From the NCBI GenBank assembly GCA_043228905.1, contig JBHGNT010000007.1, positions 20,150,001 through 20,214,000 on the forward strand: 64,000 bases of DNA, written 5' to 3'. This DNA is from Azolla caroliniana (lineage: Eukaryota; Plantae; Polypodiophyta). Below are positions 47,817 through 61,170 of the stretch, piece after piece. The notes beneath the pieces are model-generated. The model worked only from the letters and a program-made list of their open reading frames with translations. It had not been told where the DNA came from and did no database searches. How positions within the stretch are numbered: the first letter of the stretch is position 1; each line of letters begins with the position of its first letter. Position numbers and translations under genes: made by a program.

Positions 47817-48438
47817 GAGCATTGTCGGCCATCCTTGTCGGCCTTGCCGGATCCGGATTTGTCCGAATCGGCTCGTTTTCTCTAGCACTCGCTTTCTCTG
47901 TGGCCCTTTTTGCCATAGTACCAGCATTCCGTTGCTGACTTCTCTTGCCGTCTTCCGGTGTCGCCATGACTCCCCCTGCTTGTGGGAGTCCCGGAACTGT
48001 TGTTGGCACGTTCTATGTGCCTTCGTTCTTGCTCTTGTCGGCCGCCTCCATTGCGTGCCGACCCGCCTTGTCCACCACGCCCACGGGACCGATCCGCCTC
48101 CGTGTACATCATTCGGTTGTCAGTGGGTGCGCTAGTTGACGCACCGGCGTGGTTCTCCTCTACAAGGAACATCGACGGTAAGTCGAAGAATGACGGTGTA
48201 TTCTCCCTTGTACACACCGCCGTTCAGAACGCTCTGAACTTAGACGTCAGGCCCCTAAGACAGACCTGTACCATCTTGTCTTCCTCTACAGTAACGTTGA
48301 TGGAGGCAAGCAAGTCATAGATCTCTTTGATCCGGGCCATGTAATCTGCCACTGACATGTCCTTCTGTCGGACATTGCTCAATTCCTGTCGGAGTTGCAG
48401 CTTCCGGGTTGTAGTGCTCACGGCGAAAACCTTCTTCA
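47817..48438 (-). pseudogene. gag: C2 gag middle segment
   Basis: RKLQLRQEL..CTRENTPSFFDL..CWYYGKKGH, homologous to C1. Confidence 0.88.
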
Positions 48439-48873
48439 TGTTAACTCTTAGGGCCGGACAATGGCCTAACACAGGGTGTCTACGGAAGACAATTCACTAA
48501 AGGGGTGTTACGGCAATAGGATTAGACTCAACGATTAATCCGACTTAATTAGGTTACTTAGCATGATCGTCTTTAATAATCACACGTGTAAGATATAACA
48601 ATGAATGCAGAACGGCAATTAACACAGAGAAATAACAACACTAAGCTTTATTAATTAACCGTTATTCATTACATTGTATCCGGGTCTTTAAATAGATTTC
48701 CGGTCTATATTACAAAACGGTGCCATCTGCACCTGTTCAGGATCGATCCGGATCCAGAACGGCATACCGATTCCGGTCCGTCCGTCCACACTCATAGCTT
48801 ACTTACAACCATTCCTACTAATTAAATAACTCCCCGTTTCACACTCTGGACTCCTTTGTCGGCCGGTAACACA

Positions 48874-48890
48874 TGGCACGCCCGTGGGAC
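48874..48890 (-). other. tRNA-Arg 3'-end-like sequence at the PPT position of B3
   Basis: Plus strand reads LTR-CA-TGGCACGCCCGTGGGAC; identical to B1 9138-9154. Confidence 0.7.
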
Positions 48891-48925
48891 AGTACCTTGT
48901 ACATCGAATCCACAACCGAACCTTG

Positions 48926-50096
48926 CTATTCTTCGTCCAAAATATCCAGAATGCTTTGTTCGAGAGTCTCCAATGGTTCATCTGGAATTGGTTGTTGTTG
49001 TTGTTGTTGCTGCTGTTGCTGCTCTGTTAATGTCTGTTGCGACAGATCCATTGGTGGCTGTTGCAGCTGCTCCTCCGTTTGTTGCTCTGAAACCGGCGTC
49101 TCCGTCGTTGCTCCCTCCGTCGTAGTGATCTCCGGTTGACTGGTTCCGGGCTGGCCCTTGGCCGGCGACGGTTCCTCATCACTAAGGTTAATCGTTGCCG
49201 CTTCCCGTGCTTTTTCTTCCCGAACCCGGGACCGCTCGTAGCTTTCAAACTGGATTTGAGTGTCCAGCCTATCATCGTCTAGCTGAGCTACGAGTTGTCG
49301 GACCTGCACCAGTTGTTCGTCCGCCAGGACTTGGAAGTCATCGGCCAGCTCGTCCCGTATGGCGATGAAGTCCTCGAAAGTCAACGTGTAACAATCATCT
49401 CCTTCCTTCTGCCGGTTTTCCACGTCTGCCCGTAGCAATTGGTTCCTCTTGCGCCTTCCCCTTAGTGGCCTTGGAGGCCAACAGCTGTTGTCTTTTGGAA
49501 GCCGTCTTTGGGGTGTCGTCCGCCACTCTTCCTCGCTTCTTGGGCTGGACGGGCTGGACGGGTGGCACAAGCAAGGTGAGCCACTGCGTTAAGGCGTGCC
49601 ATATCCTCCGTCCGTCTCGGCCTTCTTTGCCGTCTTTGCCTCTGACGATCTCGATCGCCACACACAACCCGTCTGCGATCAATACCGGCCAATCCACCTT
49701 GATCCCTTCATAGGTGGCGATGATCATCCCTGCCCGGTTCTACGGCATGACAGGGGGTATAGGGTACACATGGCCGTATACGTGGAGCACACGAGCAATC
49801 TCGCGGAACAGCATATCTCCGTCGTCCTGTGTCCGGTAGCCCTTGCTGGCTAGGGAGTACTCACCAAAATACCTGATGAGTTGCTCCGAGGTTGGATTGT
49901 CAATCGTGAGTATGCCTCCCTCCGGAAGGCCTGTTAACGCTCGAATCGCCTCCGCCGTTATGACCTCTGTGTCGATTTCTTTGATCACCTTGTCGGCTTC
50001 TTTGTGTGGCGGTACTTCCATCATCATCAAGAAGCCCTCGAGCCCGTGTTGCTTTAGCCATGTCTTGGCGGCTTCCGACAGCGTTTGCGGGTCCAT
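48926..50096 (-). pseudogene. B3 extra 3' ORF with ~1.6-kb central deletion
   Basis: N-terminal domain and polyQ tail match B1; junction near 49440. Confidence 0.85.
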
Positions 50097-50471
50097 GTCT
50101 GTGTCGAGGTCGGATTGCGGTGGTGAAGTTGGATGGTGATGAGAGTGAGATTGAGAGAGAGAGAGAGTTCAGATAGCGGGGGTTCTCTGTGCGTAGGTTC
50201 TCGTCTGATGATCTTGCAGCGCCTTGGTGCTTTTGTGCTCCTGGTTTCGCGAAAGTAAAGGGTCTCCACGCGCAGTGGTTTTCCTCTGTGCATTCTGGTG
50301 CCTTTTTCGAGTGTGTGCACATTGTGTAGTAAAATAGCATTATGTCCTGTGGTGGTGCTTTAAATGCCCACTACGTACCTTTTCGCTCCTCGCTCTTTCG
50401 TCCATTCATTCCTCACTTTTGCATGATTACTTCGTTTTTTTTTTGTTTTTTTTTTTACTGTTAGTGTGACG

Positions 50472-53400
50472 TTACTCGTCCGTTGGTCCTCTCGGACCCT
50501 TACCGGCCTCATTCTCCCCAATTACCGGCTCGCCATCTCTGCTGTCTTGGTGGTTGCCGTTTCCCTCATCGATGTCGGTCCTTTGCTCAAATGGGTTCTT
50601 AGGCATCGGTCCTCTATATGGCTTCAATCGGAATCCGTTGACCCATTTGCCTAGCACTTCGCCGGCAAGTGTCCCTAACTGGTAGGACCCATTATACTCA
50701 CGTGTCAGCCAATACGGTCCGATCCATCTAAACCGTAGCTTACCCGGCATCTTGCCCATCCGGGTCTGAAATACTAACACCGGTTTGCCGATTGCGAACA
50801 TTTTTTCATTTCCTTTCCTGTGCCGGTCGACAAATGCTTTTCGTCGCCATTGTTCCAATTCTAAGTGCAGGATGCTTGCCTGTCGTTGTTCCTCGAGTTC
50901 ACACAACGTTGTTAACCGTATTGCCTCCGACTCCTTCTCGTTCAGCTGTTCCCGTAGTTGGATCCGTAAGCTGGGTACTTGGAATTCCACCGGCATTACC
51001 GCCTCTAGTCCGAACGCTAACCGGAACGGTGTTGTTCGGATGCTCGTTTTGTATGTCGTCCGGTATGCCCAAAGCGCACTCTGTAGCTTGGTATCCCAAT
51101 CCGTTCGATTTTCGTTGAGGATCTTCCGGAGGATATTCTGGAGCGTTTTGTTCGTCGATTCCGCTAACCCGTTTGCTTGCTCCGTTTATGGACAACGGCA
51201 TAGAATGTCATCAGGCTTTCAACTACTTGGCCGAGAAAGTGCCCCCCTTGGTCGCTTATTAATTCGATTGGGCATCCGTAACGGCACCAGATGTACTCGT
51301 ATAGAAATTTTGCCGTTGAAGCAGCGGTGTTGTCTCTTAAGGCTTTGGCCTCCACCCATTTCGTGCAGTAATCCATCGCGACGATGACGTACCGATTACC
51401 CGTTCTCATTGCCGGTGGTTTGAACGGTCCAATAAAGTCCAGCCCCCACTTCTGGAATGGCTCGAGTGGTAGTACCGGCTGGTGTGGCATACGAGCCTGC
51501 TCCGTTGGCTGGCCCATTCACTGGCATAGGTCACATTCTTTTGCGTACCATACCGCATCTCTTAATGTCGTTGACCACCATAGGCCACTTTGCCATATTT
51601 TCCTGGCCGTCGCATCTCCGGCATAGTGACCTCCGGCAACTCCGCACTGGGCTTCCCTCAGTATCAGGTCCTTTTCATCGTTGCGCACAACCCGTCTCCA
51701 TATGCCGGCTGCGCCCTTGTGGTAAAGTGTGTCTTGTAGTAAGCAGAAATGTCGACTTTGCACCGCCAGGCGTTTCCGTTCGTCCTGACTCATCTCTTCC
51801 GGAGGTAGTCCTGTGCTCAGAAACTAGTGCATGTTTGTGAGCCACTTGTCTTCCTGTGCCACCGTCTCATCTGCTGTCGTTTCCGTAGTGACTCGAAACA
51901 GCTCCGCATCCGGAAACTCATCTGCTACTCCGTCACTCGTCTCTCCGGACTCTAATCGGCTTAAGTAATCCGCCACGGCATGCTGTATACCGGGTCGGTG
52001 GAATATTTCAAACTCGAATTCCTGTAACAGTAAGGTCCACCGGGCCAATTTGCCGGTGAGTGACGCTTTGGACACCAGGTAAAGGAGTGCCGAATGATCT
52101 ACATGGAAAGAAAACTTCCTTCCCAATAAATAATGCTGAAACTTTGTCACACTGTAGATCATCCCTAGAGCTTCCCGTTCCGTGGTAGAGTAGTTTCGTT
52201 CTGCTTGGGATAGCTTTCGGCTGGCATAGTACACTGGCCGGTACCACTTTGGCTCCGTAAGTTGCATCAGTACGCTTCCGATTGCGATGTCGGAGGCGTC
52301 CACGAACACATGAAATTCTTTACTCCAATCCAGAGGCTGCACTACCGGTGCTTGCGACAATAGTACCTTGATGGCCCTATACGCCCTATACTCGGTGTCG
52401 GTCCACTGGAATGGTGTCTGATGTACGGCGGCATGCAACGGTGTAGCCAGGTCGGCCAAGTATCGAAGCATCCGGTTGTGCCACCGGATCTGGCCTAAGA
52501 ACCGGCTTAATGCCTTTGCCATTGCCGGCGCCGGTGCTTCTAATATGGCTTTCACTTTGTCCGGGTCGACTGCAATACCTTCCTGGCTCACAATATGTCC
52601 TAATAAAGTTCCACTGGACACGCCAAATACACACTTTTGCGGATTCAAGCTTAGCCGGTACGCTCTACACTTTTCTAGACAAAGACGGAGGTGCTGAAAA
52701 TGGTCCTCCTCCCGGCTATAGACGGCGAAATCGGCAAGGAAAACCTGCATAAAAGCCGAAATATATTCACCAAAGATTTCCATGATGATTCGTTGAAATG
52801 TTGCCAGTGTCGTTTTGAGTCCGAACATCATCACCACGGCCACAAACACCCCCCATTCGGTGACGAAAGCCGTTTTCTCTTGGTCGTCGGGGTGCATCCG
52901 GATTTGATTATACCCGCTGAATCTATCTAGGAAGCTATAGACCTCATGGCCGGCAACGGCATCCAACACTCCATCTGTGAACGGAAGTGGAAACGCATCC
53001 GTTACCGTAGCTGCATTGAGTTTCCGGTAGTCCACACAAACTTGAATTTTTCCGTTCTTCTTCAGTACGACTACGATCGGGCTCAGCCATGTCGCTTTCT
53101 TTACCGGACGGATAAAGCCAACTCTTAGCAGTTTGTCGATTTCCTCCTTGACTTTGGCGGCATAATTGGGATTCATCCGGTACCGTCTTTGTGCCACTGG
53201 TTTTGCGTCCTTGCTCAAGTGAACCTGATGCTGGTATAATTGAGGATCGAGTCCTCGCATGTCTTCGTATGACCAGGCGAACACATCGCGAAATTCCGTG
53301 AGAAGTGTGATCATCGCCGTTTTGTTTTCGGACTTCATCTCCTTGGCGATGTGTACCGGTTTTGCATCATCCGTAGTCCCTAGGTTCACCTCTTCCAGTT

Positions 53401-56242
53401 GCAACGCTTTTACGCACTGTGAAACGACCATTTCCCGTTCCAACGCTTCCTGCGCTTGCCGTAACTCCCGGATTGCGTCTTTATCCGGTTCTGCTTCAGC
53501 CTCTTCCGGTTGTAGTAAGTATGGTGCTACTGCTTCGGCAATGTCAACTTCGAAGAGGGGTATGATCTTCGGGTTTTCTTGCAAGTACTGAGCTTCTTCT
53601 TCATCAGCTAACCCTTCTAGCATGTTGACGCACTCTGTATACAACGGTGTACATTCCTTGCCAGTGCTCGTCCTTGGTTGTGTTGGTACCCGTACCTTGG
53701 CTTTTCCTCGCCGGAAGGTAATTATATTTTTCCTCCAATTCTGTTTGATATGTGCCGTTTTCAACCACGGCCGCCCCAGCAATAGCGGGTATGCGCCTTG
53801 TGCCTGTAATTGTAGCACTACGGCCGAGATGTGAAATGTATGACTGCCCACGGTGACTTCTAATTTCCGTATTAATCCTGTCAGCCGCACTGAGCTTGTA
53901 TCGGTCATCCGCAACCATAACGGACACGGCTCCCAGTCGTGGATTCCTAGGGCATCACACGTCCGGAGGCTTATTACATTCACCCCAGAGCCTCCGTCTA
54001 TAACTGTGACGGGAAGTTCTTTCCCTTTTACAATGGCAGTGATTACCGGACTGTTGGTGTCCACCACCGTTGGTCCCTCCTCCGGATTCGAGAATAGTAC
54101 CGGTGTCGGTGATGATTCTCCTGCCGTCATGGCCGTCTTCAGTTCTTCCGTGAATCTTGGCACGAGTTGTAGGAGTCTTCCTAGTGGCAGCGTAATCTGG
54201 CATTCTTGCAACGCCTGCCATGTCTCGTTCTCGGAGTGACTGCCGCCGGCAAGCCCTACGGTGTTCTCCTTTTGCCGCTGTAAGTCTGTGACATTCTACT
54301 TGTTTGCTTTCTTCACCCATTCCGTCGCTTGTTTCCGGATGGTCTCCTGCATCTCCCATTCCTTGGCCATGCCCTTCGACCTCGTGGTCACCTGCTGCAG
54401 ATCTACCACCTCAGGGACTACCATATTTACCGCCAGTCGTTTTTCATAACTCTTCACCGGGCATTGATTACTATAATGGCCTTCCTGTCGGCAGTAGTAG
54501 CAGTAGGCTTTCCGGGTATTGCTGGATTCGGCATTGTCTGTTGTACCCGAGGCAGGTCCTGTGGTACGCGCGGGGTTTTGGGCCGGTTGGCTGCTTGAAG
54601 CTCCTTGTTCCGGATCCCTTGGGTAGCCGCCTTTTTTAAAATGCCGTTTTTTGGTATAGCTCTTCTTATTGCGGTACTCTTGACGAGGTTGCCCGTTATA
54701 TCTGCCGTATTCCTCCCGTTGCTGACGATACCCAGGGGAGTGCTCCCGGTCGTAATGTTCGTATCGTCTATTGTAATCCTGGTACCGATCCTGTCGGTCA
54801 TAGTTATCCCGTCGATCACCGTACCGGACATCATTCTCCCGTCGATCGCCATACCGGACATCCTGTGTCCGTCGGTCGCGGTCCATTCGCCGCCAGCGTT
54901 CCTCTTCTTCATCCTGGTTGCTACGTGGCTCAATTTGTCGGACGGGCGGTGCTCGCCGGTTCAATAGATTATACTTGCACCTATCCATCGTATGGCCCTT
55001 GGATTGACAGATTACACATTGCGTCCTCATAGTGCATTCTAGAGCCGAGTGTCCGGAATTCAAGCAGGTTGTGCACTGTATTGCTTGCCGAAACCGGAGG
55101 TCTTCATCGGATGGCAACGCCCGTTGGAGTGCTCCCAGTGTGAGCCAGGAGCTTGTCTTTTCCATCTCTCTCACCCGGTCAATGACCTGGTCGATGGTAC
55201 TTGTGCGGAAGTCAATTACCGTGCAAACCGTGCGTAGGGGTTCCCGGAGCGCGTCTAGGAATATAGTCCATAATTCCTCCTCCGGGGGTGCTCGGGCAAG
55301 CTGACTATGCATCCGTTGAAACCGGATGACAAACTAGGGAATGCTCTCCCCTGCCTCCTGTTAGATGGTATAAAATAAGCCTACCATTACGGTCTGGTCC
55401 ACGTCCTTTTGGAAAAAATGCAAGAATTTAGCTTTTAAATCTGCAAAGGTGTTGATGGTAGACGGGTCCTGCGTCCAGCGCCATCTTGTTGCCGGTCCCT
55501 CCAATGTGACGCCAAATTCCGCTATCTTAGAGCGTTCCTCTTCATCGGGGGTCAATCGTTGGGACACATGGTTGGCTTCCCATGTCTGTTCAAAGGCGTG
55601 CACATGAGCTTCAGCGTCCGGATCATCTCTATACTTGGAGTACTGGAACCGCATGTCGTCGTCCGGTATCGGTGCGCGGGCTGGCAGTGTTGGTGCTCGT
55701 TCCAGGATTTTCTCCGGCGTCGGTGGTCTTTCCCGATTTGTTTCCGGCGTCGGTGGTCTTTCCTCTTCTTTTGGTGACGGAGGCCTCTCCTCTTCAACTT
55801 CCGGTGTCGGAGGTCGCTCTTCCTCTGCTGGTTCCGGGGGTTCCAGCGTTAGCACTTCCGGTTTCGGTGTCGGTAAGGTATCCGATCCTTCATCCTCCGG
55901 TCTACCTGGGGTTTCGTTGCTGCTACGGTAGTTCGTGTGCACGATGTATTCCCCTTCGAAGTCCGATTCATACGCTAAAAAGGCTTCTGCTTCGCCTTCT
56001 CCGTTTGCCAACGCCTGGAGAAGGGATTCGGTTTCCCGGAGGCTGCTTAGGCTGCTGCCGTTGTCCGGGTGTGATGTTTGTTGTAACTAGAGGGAGTCCT
56101 CCGCTACTCTCCGGATTACGTTGGAAAACGAGCGATCCGCTCTAATTTCCTATGCCGCTTGCTGGAAAGCCTCACGTCTCCTTTGCCTTTCGGCAAGGCG
56201 TCGAGTTCGATCTGTAACCAGGTCGTGCATTGATCTAGTCAT
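50472..56242 (-). pseudogene. gag-pol: B3 gag-pol (retains capsid domain; several stops)
   Basis: ORFs 55361-56011, 54296-55312, 51824-54211 and following. PR, RT (catalytic motif mutated to FLAD), RH and INT. Confidence 0.93.
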
Positions 56243-56690
56243 CCATCCGTGTCGTCGTTCGTTGCAAAAACAGGAATCATGGTCGCCAAAAACTGTGTTA
56301 ACTCTTAGGGCCGGACAATGGCCTAACACAAGGTGTCTACGGAAGACACTTCACCAAAGGGGTGTTACGGCAACAGGATTAGACTCAACGATTAATCCGA
56401 CTTAATTAGGTTACTTAGCATGATTGTCTTTAATAATCACACACGTAAGATATAACAATGAATGCTTTATTAATTAACCGTTATTCATTACATTGTATCC
56501 GGGCCTTTAAATAGGTTTCCGGTCTGTATTACAAAACGGTGCCATCCGCACCTGTTCGGGATCGGTCCGGATCCGGAATGGCATACCGATTCCGGTCCGT
56601 CCGTCCACACTCATAGCTTACTTACAACCATTCCTACTAATTAAATAACTCCCAATTTCACACTCTGGACTCCTTTGCCGGCCGGTAACA

Positions 56691-56975
56691 CTTCAGGTTC
56701 CCCCAAGCCTCCTTCGGCGTCTTGGCGTCTCGAATGTGGCTCAGCAGCTGGTCTCCGACACTGGACGCGAAGCAGTACATCACTTTGCTTGCCGATTGTT
56801 CCCACACTGGGAAGTCCTTATGTGCCGCATCAGGTGTTGTTTCATTGGCACCTTCGACAAAACTCCAGTAGCCATGCCCAAGCAGGTACTGGTGCATCTT
56901 ATATGACCAAGATGCATAGTTGGAACTGTCGAGTTTCTCCACATGGAGCGAGCTAGCCATCCCTCTATCCATCAC
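56691..56975 (-). pseudogene. gag: C2 gag N-terminus
   Basis: MDRGMASSL..KLDSSNYASWSYKMHQYLLGHGYW. Confidence 0.9.
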
Positions 56976-57483
56976 TTCTCTGTCAACTGTTTTATGACCT
57001 GTTAGGGTTTGCTTTCAAGTGCTTGTCGGCTGCAGAGGAGGTTCTCAACCCTCGCGCTCTAATACCATGTAAAGGATTACTTGCGGAAGCGTTAGAAAAC
57101 AGAGAAAGTAGGGAATACATAGAGTACACAAGAGAGACAAAGAGAGAGCAGAAGATAAAAACTATATTCAAAAACGATATAGTCACTCTGTACATACAAC
57201 TATGCTCAGTAGCATTATTTATACACGTCCTCATGGGACTGACAGAAGTACCGCGTACTTCAATGCTCACACGGGCATCTAACACTTACTACGAGACTAT
57301 AATTGCCTAGTAGTCTACACTAATACTAGGCTTCCGGTTACTGATTGGATTCGGCTAACCGGCTCTCCAATTCACCGGCTCTGATGCTTGCCGGCTCGGT
57401 TGCTCACAGCTTACTGATCCGTCTCGCTTGCCGGCTCAGGCTTAATCAGCCGATCCGGCTCCAGTTGAGCTTGTCGCTCAACA

Positions 57484-57754
57484 ATCCCCGGGTCCTTATC
57501 TTTGTTCTCTTTCCATTTGTGTGTGCGTTTCGGAGTACACGAGCCCGTGAGCTCTTCGCTACCATCCGGCACCTAGTCCAGAACAATACTCGGTTCTAAG
57601 CCCGTGCACTCACTATCCGGCATCCTGACATCGATCCGTAGTGGATACATGGCCGGAAAACGTTCTAGACAACCTTCTTCTCACACCGGCTACTTGGTAC
57701 GAGACCTCGGTGGTCCCGACCCATGTCAACCCAAACCCGCAGATATTTGTGACA
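57484..57754 (+). repeat. Right part of the A-related LTR split by C2
   Basis: Ends ...TGTGACA; 3' block resembles the end of LTR 18609-19341 (CCTTCTTCTC..GGT.C.GAG.CC). Confidence 0.6.
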
Positions 57755-57952
57755 GCATAATGCCATACAATACGTATGAGGGGCAATATCCCAACTTCAA
57801 CGAAACAGAAGGAATGTTGCTTGGAATGTTGAATGTAAACTACAAACGAATCACAAGAGAAAAAATTTCTCATCCAATTGGGTAGTTGACATAAAAAATG
57901 GTTCAAAATATGGGATGTCGAAGATCTCCCAGAGTTTTCAAGTGTCGCTATG

Positions 57953-60900
57953 TGTTAGGATTTCGGTCCCTCCAGATGGGATGATGAAGGCCTGGTGAGA
58001 ACCAGATGATGAGTACCCGGTAAGGAAGACCCGGTGAGAACTAGATGACGCAGGCCCGGTGAGAACCTCTCACTGGATGAAGGGACATATATGTAAATAT
58101 GTTTCTGTTAGCCCATTGTGGCTATGTTTGTAAATAGCCCGAAAGTCATATTAGTATAAATATGACCTAGGGCAAACAGTGTGTGTATCATTGTGTTGTC
58201 ATTATTTTGTATAGAGTTATTGGTGTAACTGTTGTATAGAGCGTAACAGAGAGCGAGAGAGAGAAACAGAGTAAGTCTCTGTTGTAACCGCCGCCAAGCG
58301 AAGAGTGTGAAGACGAGGTCATTGCCTCTGTGTTCTTCATTGTATTCTCCAGTATGGCGGAGGACATGAATGCCTTCCAAGGACTGATTCACCAAGAAAA
58401 CTCGCTAGAAGTACCTCTTGCCGATGAGGTACTTGCTCTACTCCTGCTTGGTTCCCTCCTGGACAGCTGGGAGACGTTAGTTGTCACGTTGGGTAACGTC
58501 GGGCCAGAAGGAAAACGGTTATCCCTAGCAAAATTAAAGTCGAGCTTGCTAGATGAGGAGGTGTGTCGGAAAGACAAGGATACGAGCTCCAACTCCAAAG
58601 CGCTCCTTACCAAATCGGAATGCGAAAGACAAAGGAATCGGAGTTCCCAGAAGCGGGAAAAGTCAAGGACACGGTCAAAGTCAAGGGGGAGGCCCACTTG
58701 CTTCTATTGCAACAAGCCGGGGCACTTCTAGAAGAACTGTTGGCATTTCCAGAAAGACAAGGGAACCAACAGTACTGATTCGAAGAAGTCACTGGACCGA
58801 AACAGTTCGGATCGGCGAGGACCAGACCGGAAGGGAACGATGGCAATCGCGGGAAGTGAAGAAGAGTTGATGCTCATCACTGAGGAGAGTGAGTTGAACC
58901 TTGTCGTTGACGAGACAACGTGGGTTGTCGACTCCGGAGCGTCCAGTTGGTGAGTACGGTTGTGTCTGGATGGGGAATGAAGGGACATGCCGAACCATCG
59001 GCATAGGAGATGTGTTGTTGACGACATCAACCAGATGCAAGTTGTTGTTGAAGGATGTCTGACACGTTCCAGAGGTTCGACTAAACCTGATATCAGCCGG
59101 TCAGCTAGATGATGAAGGCTACACCGGTAGCATCCCGAACGGTGTCATGAAGTTTTGAAAAGGGAGCCTGATAGTGGCTCGGGCCCGGAAAGTCCACACG
59201 TTGTACCTGATGAATGCCCGGTTATGCTAGGAAGAAGTGAATGTTGCATCCGACACTGCCGGTGAGTTGTGGCACAAGAGACTGTGTCACATGAGCGTGA
59301 AGGGGATGAAGAGGCTTGCCGATGACAACCTCATTCCGGTGAAAGACATGCATCTTGAGAAGTGCACCGACTGCCTGGCTGGTAAGAAAAACCGGACCGC
59401 CTTCTTATCAAGGCCACCGATGAGACGTAATGCACCAATGGAGCTGGTGCATACCGATGTGTGTCAAGTGTACACAAAGTCACATGCCGGATCAAAGTAC
59501 TTCGTGACGTTCATAGATGACCACAGCCGGAAGCTGTGGGCCACACCGTTGAAGACGAAGGATCAGGTATTATCCGTCTTCAAGGAGGTCCACGCGCGAG
59601 TGGAAAGAGAAACCGGCTGGAAGCTAAAGGCGGTTCGAACAGATAACATAGGAGAATATCGGGGGCAGTTCGAGGAGTACTACCGCTCGAAGGGAATCCC
59701 ACTCGAATTTACTGTGCCGAAGATGCCGAAACTAAACGGGCTCGCCGAGAGGATGAACTGGACCATAATGGAGAGGATTCGGTGACAGGAACTGCACACT
59801 CCCTATGCGCAACGCTCGGCCACAACCGAGCTTAGAATCATACACAGAAAAAACAGGTAATGAATGCACGACACAATGGAGAGAAAGAGAACACAGGAAC
59901 TGCACACTCCCTATGCGCAACGCTCGGCCACGGCAGCCCACAGACTGCAAACTATCACTATGTCAGAATGTACAAATGGTAAAGCACCGAAGCAACGACC
60001 TCGAGCTTTCTATCTTCGCCACAAGTGGCGGTTACAACAGAGGCAACGACCTCTTCCTCTCTCTCACTCTCTGTACACTGTTACACACTCTCAAATCTTG
60101 CACCAACAAGAATGACAACTACTCTACAAAAGAGTTTGCCCTAAGTCATATTTATTCTAATATGACTTTTCGGCTATTTACACATATAGCCCCGATGGAC
60201 TCTCAGAAACATATTTACGAATATGTCCCTTCATCCGGTGAGCACTCCTCACCGAGCCTGCATCATCCGGTGCTTGCCGGGTACTCGTCATCCGGTTCTC
60301 ACCGGGTCTGCACCATCCGGCTCATGCCGGGTACTCCACATCCGGTTTCGGCCTCGGCCAAGTTTGCTCATCAGTACTGTTCTTCTCACTTCCCATCCGG
60401 AGGGACCTGTTTCCTAACATTCAGAGTATGATAGCACATGCAAGGTTACCCAAGACATTTTGGGTTGAGGCGCTAGCAACAGCGACGTACGTGATAAACA
60501 GATCACCCTCAATGCCCTTGGACGGGGACACGCCGCAGAGAGCGTGGACCAGTAAGGAAGTGTCTTACTGGCATTTGAAGGTGTTCGGGTGTCTCGCTTA
60601 CGTGCATGTTGCAAAGGACCAGAGAGCAAAGTTGGATCCAAAGTCCCGGCCTTGCATATTCCTCGGATACGGCGATGATGAGTTCAGCTACCAAGTGTGG
60701 GATCTGATCGACAAGAAGGTTTTCCGGAGTCGAGATATTATCTTCATTAAGGACAAGACCCTTGTCGACTGGGAGTCAGAGAAGAAGATAATGAACTCCG
60801 AGTTGACCAGTAAGGATCGGTTCGATGAGATTCGGACCTACCCGGCTAAGAGCCGGTTGACACTTGAAGAACCGGCCGGTTATGGTGAGGATACCGAACC

Positions 60901-61170
60901 GGCAGAAGAAGAAGTAGTAGAAACCGAAACCGGCCAAGACCCCGAATCGGATTCAGATGAAGAACAAATAGAGGAGCCGGTTGCCAAAAGCCAAAGATGG
61001 AGATATCCTCTCAAAGAGAAAAGGCCCCCCCAGAGATTTCCGGATCCAGAGCATGTGTTGCTAACCGATCAAGGGGAGCCAGAAAGCTTCGAAGAAGCAA
61101 AGGAGGACACCCACAACCGCAAGTGGTTGAGTACCATGCAGGACGAGATAGATTCCCTACATGAGAACCA
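57953..61170 (+). mobile_element. Older Copia D2 (diverged partial 5' LTR fused by deletion to gag; gag-PR-INT), interrupted by a solo LTR and D3
   Basis: TGTTAGG start, deletion junction at ~58350, D-family gag and INT motifs through the RT start (..LHENH|). Confidence 0.88.
59783..60419 (-). repeat. Solo LTR of family D inside D2 integrase
   Basis: D termini; TSD TTCGG/TTCAG; integrase ERIR|SMIAHA is continuous across it. Confidence 0.92.

Larger units (their letters stand above)
48439..56690 (-). mobile_element. Gypsy B3 with both LTRs, nested in C2 gag; TSD CTTCA
   Basis: LTRs at 48439-48871 and 56296-56690. TSD CTTCA at 48434-48438 and 56691-56695. PBS 56277-56288. Confidence 0.96.
38054..57483 (-). 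mobile_element. Copia C2 (C subfamily), complete but interrupted by D1 and B3; TSD ATCCC
   Basis: 416-bp LTRs at 38054-38469 and 57068-57483 (about 20 differences by eye). PBS TGGTATTAGAGC 57056-57067. PPT 38470-38480. TSD ATCCC at 38049-38053 and 57484-57488. Confidence 0.95.

Noticed and set aside
18609-57754. Treating 18609-19341 and 37497-57754 as the LTR pair of one element
   Set aside because: They share only scattered blocks and have no matching TSD; they are different subfamilies
59805-60431. 208-aa ORF within D2
   Set aside because: Chance antisense frame across a solo LTR
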